A program made the translations under genes and the position numbers. Under the pieces are notes generated by a model that was not told where the DNA came from, did no database searches, and saw nothing but the letters and a program-made list of their open reading frames with translations. A stretch of DNA of 64,000 nucleotides, taken from positions 16,430,001-16,494,000 of the forward strand of contig CATNEN010000039.1 in NCBI GenBank assembly GCA_950097015.1, written 5' to 3'. This document shows, piece after piece, positions 12,570 to 23,044 of the stretch (the first letter of the stretch is position 1; each line of letters starts with the position of its first letter). The DNA is from Macrostomum hystrix. Taxonomy: Eukaryota > Animalia > Platyhelminthes.

Positions 12570-13100
12570 CCAAATGAGATGGCTGCGGAGCTGGTTAACC
12601 AACAGGCTGGCGCAAGTGCGATACGAAGGTAAATTGAGCAAGGTTGTCCGTATGAAGCAGGGTTTGCCACAATGCTCAGTGTTATCGCCGGTGCTGTTTT
12701 TGATCTTCATTGATCTGCAGCAAAGAGGAGGAGGCGGTAAAAAAGGTGGAGAAGGCGGTGAAGCTGGTGGAGGAGTGGAGCAGCAGGTGGCTAATGCCGG
12801 TCTCTGCAGGGAAATACACGTTGACGCTGTTCAGCCTTGGCAGGAAAAGCAGGATAGAAGGGAGCCGGATGGTTAAGATCGGAGACACTCCAATGAAATG
12901 GTGCCAAAACCCGAAGTTCCTAGGGTTAACTTATGATAAAACGCTAAGGTTTGACAAGCACGTGCAAGAGATTCTGGCGTCCTGCAAGAACCGGATACAA
13001 TTGCTCAGAAGACTAGCAGGCAGCGACTGGGGCTGGCCGAGTAACATCCTCAGGCAAACGTACACTGCGTTAAAAGCCTCAAAGATCATTTATGGGGCCT
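12570..13100 (+). mobile_element. LINE (I/Nimb/Ingi-like) RT C-terminal fragment, internally deleted
   Basis: WLRSWLTNRLAQV, QGLPQCSVLSPVLFLIFI (YADD motif missing), PKFLGLTYDKTLRF, LRRLAGSDWGW. Confidence 0.85.
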
Positions 13101-13615
13101 AGCGAGAACCCCAAGGAAGCTCTGAGGCATTGGGAGTGGTGAAGAAGGTGTAAAAAGAAGCAAGAATGTTGACGACATCAGAAACAATAGCAGCAGCAGC
13201 AACAACAACAACCCTATCAGCATCCATTACAGAAACAGCAGCAGCAGCAGCAACAGAATTCACTGCAACGTTAGCCAAAGCCACCTTTGCGGCCTCGAGT
13301 AAACGATTCAAATTTTGGTTCTCATGGCTATCGATCGTCCCAAATATCGATTCCCAGGACTAAAATCTCTAAGCTACACGCTTAATAAACTTATACACTG
13401 TTGTTAAAATTGTACAAGCCGAAAGTAATGCTGCTGGAACAAGCCACAAGCCAGATAAAGAATCGTTCTTCAAAGGTATCCAATATCTGTCAATATTGTT
13501 TACCGTAGCACCCTGTACAAATGCACAAATACAAAATTATGTGAAAAGCGTGTTAATCGTAGTGTGAAATATTCGTAACATTTCAACACAAACAGACAAG
13601 TTCTTCCTGAAGGTT

Positions 13616-13860
13616 CTCCGCCGATTTTAAAGACCCGCGGGTGGTCGCGCAGCTCGCGGACGGGCTCTGGCCAAGCCGCGCCCAGCCCTTGGCAGCCGCC
13701 TGGATTGCGCACGACCAGCCAGTAGTTGCCGCCGCAGCTCGGCAGGCCACGGCAGCCGGTCCGGCCCGCGCCCAGCCACAGCAGCACCAGCCCGGTAGGC
13801 GGTCCGGTCTGTTTTTTTTCCACCGGAAGTTCGGCTCCAAGTCCCGGCGTTGTGAACCAA
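13616..13860 (+). mobile_element. Second gag fragment of the CsRn1-like Gypsy family
   Basis: Near-identical to rc of ~3637-3725 (SADFKDPRVVAQLAD). It continues to a degenerate knuckle FFHRKFGSKSRRC. Confidence 0.75.
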
Positions 13861-13986
13861 CACGAAATTTTTGTATATTGCAAATTAGTCAGTTCTCAGT
13901 TTCCACGCGGCTCGAAATAGATCGAAGCCTTTTAATTGTCTCAAAATGAGATTTCTGATCATGGAAACACTGTGCGATCCAAACGA

Positions 13987-14778
13987 ATGCCAGTGAGCTT
14001 CGACCTGCTGCCAGATAGGCTACAGGATATTCTGAAAACACACTGGACGCTTGGCAGCGCGGAATTTAGAAACTACATCGCACAAACCCTGCTCCTTATT
14101 TTTGGTTCGTCGTTTCGAATTGATCAGCTAAGCTTCAAGAACCGCGTGATGTCCTTCCGAGGCCGTATTGACGATACCATCTCCCTAAGCTGGGCGGAGA
14201 GCGGATTTTTCAGCCACGGACCCAACGGCGCCAGCTGCTGCCACTGCGGCAGAACAATCGAGCGACTCGCGCCTGGAGACCCCTCGGAGTGGCACTCAAA
14301 CCGAAGACAATCGGGCTGTTCGCTGCTGCGGTTGCATCGAATTCTTCAATGGACACCCAGAGCCGCGTGTCAGGATGCCGAAATCGGTAGCCAAGCTGGA
14401 AGATACAAACAGCTAATTAGGAGACTTTTAGCTGCTCTCAGAGACCCAGTCAGTGAGCTGGTTGAGTCCTTCGGATTCTCTAAAAATGAGGTCGCTTTGG
14501 CTTGGCTGAAAACAGTCGCATATAACAAAGCACCGAAACTAGCGAAACCAGGAGACATCATCAGGATCATTCACGATCTACCAGCTGATCAGCCAAACGT
14601 TCTAGAAGTACTGTCAGCCTCGCCTGTCGTTCAATATCTGTACAGTTCAGCTGTGGATAATGCGCCTTTGTCACTGGAGATAAGAGGCAATGAACTTTTC
14701 CATCCGTTGGACTGGCGGCAAGAACTGACAGATGACTCAAGAAACGATGACTTTAGTTGCAACGCAAAAATCATTTGA
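13987..14778 (+). CDS. IAP-like protein 1 (divergent BIR + UBA-like domain, no RING seen), ~263 aa
   Basis: BIR-like: R..SF...WAESGFF...CCHC-x15-H-x7-C. UBA-like: LVESFGFSKNEV...PGDIIRIIH. Paralogous to the 15579 and 48396 ORFs. AATAAA at ~14812. The start codon is uncertain. Confidence 0.65.
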   Translation: MPVSFDLLPDRLQDILKTHWTLGSAEFRNYIAQTLLLIFGSSFRIDQLSFKNRVMSFRGRIDDTISLSWAESGFFSHGPNGASCCHCGRTIERLAPGDPSEWHSNRRQSGCSLLRLHRILQWTPRAACQDAEIGSQAGRYKQLIRRLLAALRDPVSELVESFGFSKNEVALAWLKTVAYNKAPKLAKPGDIIRIIHDLPADQPNVLEVLSASPVVQYLYSSAVDNAPLSLEIRGNELFHPLDWRQELTDDSRNDDFSCNAKII

Positions 14779-15578
14779 GCGAGAAACTTATTATTTCCGT
14801 GCTTCTAATTAAATAAATTGCCTGCCTCATATTGCCATTTCATATTGTATATTCTTCTATGCATTATTGCAAATATATTAAAACGTCAGTTTACAATAAT
14901 TCTCTATTTACAACAGAGAATCTTTATCAACGAGATACTATGCCACACAAGCATTTATGAAAGTATGAAATTGTCGATTGATTAGAGATATGTCTAAACA
15001 GCGCTGTGTCTATTATTGTGATTTTTACTAGTGGCTTACGATAGGCAGACTTTCAAAGATGTATCATTTAGAAATTCGCTAGGAACACAGAAGATGGGTG
15101 TACGAACAAATCTCTATGCCTCCAAATGTGCATCAAAGACAGAAATTTGGACGTGTACGTTTTGGTACCTTGTTCAGTTGTGCTTGCTCAGTTCAGCACT
15201 AACACGTACAGTATTCAAAATGCTATAGTACCTTGTAGCATGTCTAGAAAATTGTTCTCTTTTCTAAGAGGTTCGCTAAACTAAGTCCCTAAAAGGAAAC
15301 GCAATAGTCCGTGTACTTCAGGTAAAAATCCAATTTTTCTAAAGTATATAGCTTGTCATGCTTCAATATTCATATAGATGTACTCGTAAATGCCTGGACG
15401 TTAACTTAAATTTTCGACTTGCCTATCTAATTGAAGATTATGAACATTCGTAATTTACAAAAGAACCGAAAAGAGACATTGCGCTAAGTAAAATATACAA
15501 GCGTATTATGCTAGCTAAAGCCCATTTTGCATTTTTTCCACAGATCGGCAACGAAACATTATTGCGCAAGACCCAACA

Positions 15579-18500
15579 ATGTCAAACTTGAACCGAACTG
15601 GTAACAGACAACCACTTGCCACAAAAAATATCATAGCAAAAAATATTTTTTTTGGTGAAAAAAGCATGGTAAAAATTGAATATCCCACAGACACAAGATC
15701 CCAAAGCAATTTGCTCGCTTTTATTTTGATCATTTTGACTTTATCGAAAAGTCCCATGCTACTCAGCTATGAGAGACGTCTGCAGTCGTTTGGGAAGTCT
15801 GATGACGAGGACGCTGCGGTGTGCTGGGCTCAAAATGGATTCCACAGAGAGCCTTCGGGAGTTGCCGTATGCTGCCATTGTGGACTGCAGGCCAATCAAC
15901 TGAAAGCTGAGAATCCTGACGAACTGCACGCGAGCAAGCAGCCCGACTGTACGTTCCATCGGACTTTGCGATTTCTCAGCGGGGCAGCATCGGTAACTGA
16001 CTCTGGCAACGCTGCCCTGGCTGCCAGGCTCGAGAGGAAGATATTCAAACTATTGGAAATGATCAATTCGCAGTTGACGGGCTTTATACAGTCGTTCGGA
16101 TTTTCTAGAGACGAGGTGGCTCTCGGTTTAATCACGTACATCTTCTCACAGGCCAACGGAAGTTTTGAGATTAGACCAGGCGAATTGATACAGATATTGC
16201 ATTCGGTACCCTCCCAAGTGGTCAGCTTTCTGAGAGAGGTCCTGCCCGAGGATGGGGCACTCACCCTTCTGATTCAGTCGGAGTTCAGAGCTGATGTGGC
16301 GAGCGAGTCTACCACGGTAACAACCAGAGTCGAGGGAATGACTGCCAGTGCCATACAACAGATCAACAACATGCAGTACGCCAGTCGCCTGAGTCCTTCA
16401 TATGACGGTGGTGCTACAATAACGTAAGAATATTTCCTTTTGTTTTGAACCATTATTTTACACTTGTATTGTTTAGCACTAACATTCACAGTAGCTTGCG
16501 GTTCTTCAGACGGCTTGTTCAGATTGATAGCCCTAATTTTACTAGAAATTCAAACGTCTCATTCTTCGCCATGATCACCGATCGATTTAGCTCAAAAAAA
16601 TTCGCCACAGTTACGGGTTCCATAATTAACCACACTATTGGTTATGATCGAACCTGTGCATCAAATCCGGCTGAGTGACACACTAGTTTGTAGGGCTGAT
16701 GAGAGTAGCTGGCTAATCACTAATGGCTATCTGACAGCACGCTCTAAAATTCGGCACAGCTGTGCTAAGAGTTTGCAACGTACGATGCGAAAGGACTAGC
16801 TAGCCAGCTGTGCTCAAGAGTGTCTGTTGTCATCACAGCGGCTTTTGTACCGTTGTACGCCGACATGACTGCGGAGATAATCCTCTCAGGCATATGGCTA
16901 GCACGAAGAAAATTACAGCCATCACTTTTGAATCGAGAATTTTTTAACTGTAATGAGGCTGATTCAATGATTTTGATTGAAGCAAACTTTAAAGCAAACT
17001 CACTCTGCGAAGTTGTTTTTATCGAGAAAATCGGCTCATCGATGATTCATATGCTCACATTTCATGTAAAAATAGTCCAACGCAAGTCCGTCATCATACT
17101 TTTCCCTCCTGCAGCCCCCGAGTCTTAAGTAGGTCAGCTTCTCCGCGGGACGCCGGAGGCGCGCAGGTGGCTGCTGAGGCGCCCCATTCTGTAGCGCGCT
17201 CTTGGCGGACTCTCCGACAGGCTCGGCGGCTGGACTGTCGGGTTCCTCGCTGAAGCTGATGGGCATGTATGCGCCAGGTTCGTCCATCGCTCGTTTCGAC
17301 CAGGAAGCTTAGCGGCCCAGTGTTTTTGATGACATTGGTTGGTTCCCGGTCTAGCTTCTGGTGATAAGCTGACGCGTGTTCAGCTGCATGGTGAGAGGCT
17401 TGGCGCTGCTTTGGAGGTCCTTTCTCGGCTTGCACCAACGCAAAGAAGCCGCTCGCTTTTCGCGCTGAGCGGCAGACGTCTGCGGATGGCCGACCCTCCC
17501 GCAGATGCGGCACTTTGCTGTCTTGAACTGGCGGGCTGCAGCAAGATGGGCTTTCGACCCGGACCAATAGAACACTTTAGAGTACACCGCTGCAGCTTGA
17601 TGGACCAGGCTGACCTACGTGCCCGCTCGCTCACAGCTTAAAGTAGTATGTGAGTTTTGCCTTTATCTCATTGTATTGCACTCCGATGGCTTTCGCGGAC
17701 TGCTCAGGTCCCTCAATGTGGCATAACATTGCTCGCCGATCAATGTAAGGAAAATTTCTTGTTGTCGTCGCCTTCGATACTATTTGACAGCATATTAGAG
17801 TCCATTCTCTCTTAATAGGCGTCCTAGTCCTTACCTTCTTTGTATAGCTCTGGCTGGCCTACTAAAGCCATACTCATCGCTAATCGTAAAACCGCTCGTA
17901 TGGCAACGAGCAAGAGTCTATTCTTTTGATTGAAACTAACTTGCAGTAAACTCAATATTTTAGCGGAGTTAATTTTCTAAAGAAAGTTTACCAGGCAAGA
18001 GTTTAATTCGATCGTTTAGTCAGTAGTTCATGCAGTGACATTCAAGACTTCAATAAAAATTTCGATCAGGTTCGAGTGGGCTCGTTCACACCACCTTGAT
18101 GACTCATTAAACAGCAAGTATAGAACTTTTTTGCGATTGAATTCGTCCCAACTGCAAAACCTTTCGTCCACTAACGCTTTCTTAATGGGAGCTAAATTTA
18201 GATTATACCATAGACAACCGTGTTCACGCAAAACGGTTCATCCAGTTTGTAAAACATTTCGTCTAAACCCTTCGTCCAAACAGCTAACAGTTAAACAGAG
18301 CGACTTTATTTGATATCACGAGATATTGAACAAAGCAAAAACAGTGTCTCTTCTTAGAATGTTAGTTCAAAAATGTCTTCGTTGTCCAAACAGCGGCCGT
18401 AGTAACCCACAGTGTGATTGGTCCATTGCTGGCACTTCTCCTGTGTAATCACGTGCAGTGCAGCTTCGACCTCTCTCTTCAAAATGTGCATCCGCCAGGC

Positions 18501-21500
18501 ATGCAGAGTCAGGTTCGCAGCAGCAGCAGCTTGCCGATTAGAGAGCTCGTGCTGAATAGCGGGAACTGGCAGTGCCCTCTTCACTGATGCCTTCAGGGAA
18601 GACCCTGCGCGCTCAGTTGGGTTGAGATACGGAGAGTACGGTGGCAATTGATAGGTGCTCTGTTGCGGTGAAAGTCCAGGGACTTGAAGGTGAGCGCGGG
18701 CCCCATCAAAGATCGCCACCCACTCAGCCTCCACCAGGACATCCAGCTCTACTAAGAAGTCTGCAAAAATTTGAGCTCGAAAACCTCCTTCCACCAGCGC
18801 ATAGTGAACAAGTCCCCATTGCGGAGATATGGCCAAGCAGAGAGTCAGGTTTTGTCCGCGCTGGCCACATACCGTTCTCACCGCAGGCTGGCCTCGATAT
18901 GCCCATCCTTGAGTTCTCGCCGTCCACAGGTTCAGCCCGAACTCATCGAGAAAAATCTGGTTCCTGTCGTGTCCTTCGTTCATCATCCACTGTGTGTACT
19001 CACATCTCGCCGCCTTCACAACTGGGTCGTTCCAATCAAACGTAATCTGCCAAGCCAGCTTCAAAGTCACCAGCTGTTTGTCAAGTGCTCGACTTATGGT
19101 TGAGACATGAGGAAGTTGACCTTCATTGCCAAGTTGCATCATATGGTTCCGCATCATTTGTAATGTCGCGGACGGGTTTGACTCGAGGAACTCGATGATT
19201 GACTCAATCTGCTGCTCTTGCAGTTGCTTCGGACGGCCACCTACTGATGGAAGCTTCTCAATGCGCCCGGTTTGAACGTAGGTGTCGACAATCGTTTTTG
19301 CTGTATTTCTCTTGATCCCTAGGATATCGGCCAGTTGTTTCCAATCGCGGCCTTCTTCAACAGCCAAGGCTAATCGCCTGCGGTCTTCGTTTGACACTGG
19401 ATGGTAGGGGCCTTGGTTCATCTTCGACTGTTTTGCCGGGTTCAGAATGGAAGATATGCGTTGTGTCGCTACACTGAATGATGCTATAATAGGAGGCTCC
19501 AGAGCCGCGAGAGTCGAGACTGATGCTCTGCAAGGGCTACAAGAAGCTGACTGAAGCCGCTTAGTCAACGATTCCTCGCCTGACATCGCGTGGATAGAAA
19601 AAAGGCTGCGGAAATTTCATTCTTGAAATTTGGGAGCGTTCCGGAGTCTCCACTTCGAGCAACGGAAAATGGCAAGCCTGCTGAGTGGTGTAGCGCTGTC
19701 TGCCGACAACGCCCTGTTTGAAGCATCCAGGAGGACAAGAAAGATTGTTATGAGTGATATCATTGTATCCTTCGTGCCTAATCAGTTCGAGTCGTATTCA
19801 GACTCGTACATTGAATTATAACGATTGTCAAAAGATCTTTCAATCTCAATTCGCAAGTTCATAGCCCCACGATCTCTTTTGTCTTTCTCACAGTTTCAGT
19901 CAGTTCTAAATTCATTTATTTAATTTATTCTTTAATGCCTTGCTGAAATTGTTATTCGTAGACGCCAAATTTTAGAGCCAGACTGTTAATTGCTCCTGAA
20001 CTAGTGCGTGACGTGCTGGACAACGTGAGTGAAAAACATAGCGCAGCAGATAAAATTTTTATTATTATTTCAAGACTGTTTTATAGATGTCAGCTTAGAA
20101 AATGGAGTCATTAGCAACCCAACCTATCCTGAAGTAACCAACCCAATTGTCAAATCAATTAGCTGGAAACCACATGACGATGAGACCTCCGATGGACACA
20201 TTCGGACCCATTTAGACTAAGTCGACGATCAAAAAATGGAACAAATATGACTGTTCATTGAGTGGCACAGCTGTGGTAACACGTCACAGCAAAGTCCCGG
20301 AGCTCGCATCCGCGGCGAGGCGATCGGCAGAGAGGGGCTTGTGGTCTTTTCACGTGATTTACGCTCATGAGGGCCAATCCCCCCAAGGCAAAGTAAGAGT
20401 GTAAAATGCCACACAAAGTAAGGGCCGATATGTACACTCCTGTGCAAGTTGTCTACAGTCACTTAGTATTGTCTTAGCATCATAAATCTAAGATCGACAT
20501 ACCCTACGAATGCTTTCTGGCTTGTCAATGTCTAAGAAAAACAGGCATCGGTGTCGTCTCGTAAAATTTTGTTCAAAATACTCAATTTATAGTTGCGTTA
20601 AATCTAACGAAATCACCATTTAATAATGTGCATAAAAACGTTTGGTAAGTTATGTACCTTTTAATGGTACGAGCTCATACAAACGGCCTTCTGGAACTTC
20701 GCATTTTTGATCGCTCGAGCAATGGACCCTGCCTGGTGCAACGCGTTGGCCCATGGTTTCGGCAGCTGATCAGCATAGGCGCGGAATGTATATTTTTTTC
20801 ATATTTGCATTTTTAGAGTAATTTGATGCCAAAAATTGCATGTACTCCAGCAGCTAATAATGTACTTATAGCTAAAAATGATGATGGACTTCCGGGCAAC
20901 AAATTGGACAAAAATGATAAATACTAGCTGAAAGTTTACAACAAAACGTTCTGTGTTCTGTTCTTTAATCGATTATTTAGGCCGAGACACCGCTGTATAA
21001 TACATGAACCGCTTATCAATGCAATATTTTATCGAAAATCCTAAGCTCGTATATTACGCGTACGTTCGAGTAGTTACAGTTAGGATCAAGGAGCCAGACG
21101 AAGACTAAAAAGTTATTAGATTTGGAAACATCCATCAAATCAATCTTAGAGTCTGTTAAACTCGCTATGTTAAATGAAGTGATAATCTGTCAAACCAGAA
21201 ATGCTGAAGCACGAGGTGCAGGTTGCTTATAGTTGTGTTTTTTAGAACAGCAAACAAGAAACAACATATAGACAACCGATTAACGACTAAATATAATTGT
21301 GCATTAAGCTGCTGGAGTGCCCTATGTATATTAGTAATAGCTACTATCGTTTAACTTGCTAATATACATACTCTACTAATGCAGGCAGCATAACTTGACA
21401 AGCACAGAGCCGCAGCTGAAAGATGACGACAGTCCGCAGTGCCTTATCTGCCGCCGACGACCTCGCGATCAAGTGCTGCTACCGTGCACTCACCTCAAGT

Positions 21501-21586
21501 TCTGCAGGGAGTGCGCCAGCGGCTTGACGCAGTGTCGAGTCTGCGGCTCGGAAATACTGAGCCAGCTGCATGTCTTTATTGTGTAG
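15579..21586 (+). CDS. IAP-like protein 2 (BIR-UBA-RING); exons 15579-16423 and 21385-21586, ~348 aa
   Basis: YERRLQSF...WAQNGF...CCHC-x15-H-x6-C, then the UBA-like SFGFSRDEV. The phase-2 donor gtaag at 16424 matches the phase-2 acceptor at 21384. C3HC4 RING CLIC...LPCTH...CREC...CRVC...VFIV. Confidence 0.75.
16825..17900 (-). mobile_element. Internally deleted Mag-like Gypsy element in the IAP2 intron
   Basis: Gag motif KIFLTLIGEQCYATLRDLSSPRKPSE and knuckle CRICGRVGH are joined to the integrase tail GPLSFLVETSDGRTWRIHAHQL. Purine tract ggagggaaag precedes a putative LTR at ~16825-17099. Multiple stops. Confidence 0.7.
18354..19421 (-). mobile_element. IS630/Tc1-mariner superfamily transposase ORF (TRT/DD37E-like motifs, DD30E spacing), 355 aa
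   Basis: N-terminal HTH region with GGRP, then IFLDEFG, GQRGQNLTLCLAIS, IFDGARAH and LPPYSPYLNPTE. The ORF is uninterrupted. TIRs were not identified. Confidence 0.85.
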
Positions 21587-22659
21587 TGCTGACTATGGAA
21601 ATGAAATGACTGCAAATCTGGCTCAACTGTCGTTTCTATAATCAATTTATGATAAACATCGGGATACAGATTCTTGAGAGAACCTGCAAAGCCATATTAC
21701 AAGTAAGGTCAGATTACAGACATTAAAAAGTACCCAAAGCAGAATAGGAAAGCAGCCTCTCCTTTGTAATATTCATAAGAGAAGCATTCGGTACAGGGAT
21801 CCCCTATTAAATCGAGCCAATGGTCCCTGAGCTCGATTCCAAGGCTAGGCCACATTAATTTGGGGCGCAGCCGCTGAGAAAGCTTGCGGCTTGTCACTGC
21901 AGACGTACACACCTGCAGTACGGTATCCTTGATTCCTTTTGAGTATGTTGTCAGGAGTCTTGGCTGCAGGTCTAGTGACACAAAATGAAGTCATTTGCCA
22001 GCAGCCCTCCTGCAGGGAAGTGGGCTTAATTGCGAAATGAACAGTGAGGTCATGAAAAGACTGTAAAGGAGCAAGCATTTTAAAGGCAGTTAATTAAGAG
22101 ACAGAATAGGGCAAACTTTTTTACCCAGAATAAGAAAGAAACTGGAGACAAAAAGTAGAAAACTACAAGAGACTCAGTTATTTTAATTCTTTACTTTAAA
22201 GATTTTACTCACCGGAAATGTACTTCAAGTAATTCACAGACCCCAAGTTCTGAAGAACCATGCTTATAGCCATGCTTATGTTGAAAACAGAATATGACTA
22301 AAGTGCAGAACAGAAACTGAAAACTATAATAAAAATGCATTTTCTTTTACAAGTCGACAGTGTAATGTCCGATTAGAAATCAATTTATTGGATAAATCAC
22401 TCAAGCATGGTCACGAACTTTAAAAAACCAAAAACCGAGGACAAAGCATTCTTCTTAATGGGGCAATACAATAAACAGGACAGAAACGATTGCGCAAAAA
22501 CTATATTATAGAGATAACACAGAACAGACAGAAACTGTCCTGAGTTCAAATTTATAGTACAAATGCATAAAATACTTATTAACGTATTTTTTCCCTCGTT
22601 AATTTCGGCCACTTTTCCTCATTATTCCTCTACTCCTCTTCTCAGAGAATCTCTAGAGT

Positions 22660-23044
22660 CTCTAAGCTATTCTGCAAGATCTCTCTTATTACACTTACCG
22701 TTTTTTCTATTTCAGCTTATTTCACTTGTCTCGCTAGAAAATTAATGAAGTCTTAAAAAGCTCGCTGCCTATTTAATGTTGAACTTAATAGACTTCTTCA
22801 GCTTTGCTACTTTCTAATATTTCTAACACTAACAGATTATTCAAAAGTAGATGCACAAAGCCAGACACCTGCAACAGCTAAAATTAATCGATCGACTTTT
22901 TTTACGCAAACCATCCCGTATTAATTTTGCGGCGCAAATAATGTTTTATGCATGCGTTTTAACTTCAATAGAGCTATTTTTTATGTACAGAGTATAACAA
23001 TAAAATAGAATGAATTTTTTTTTGGTTTAGTAGTTTTCACTAAA
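22660..23044 (+). repeat. Third, diverged copy of the non-coding segment found downstream of the Ly6-like genes (2360-2735; rc 30585-30960)
   Basis: Shares cagcttatttcacttgtctcgctagaaaattaatga...gcacaaagccagacac...agtataacaataaaatagaatga. Homology ends at the Gypsy LTR. Confidence 0.85.

Noticed and set aside
19630-20460. Short ORF-like segments inside the IAP2 intron
   Set aside because: Multiple stops and no recognisable motifs or consistent splice model.
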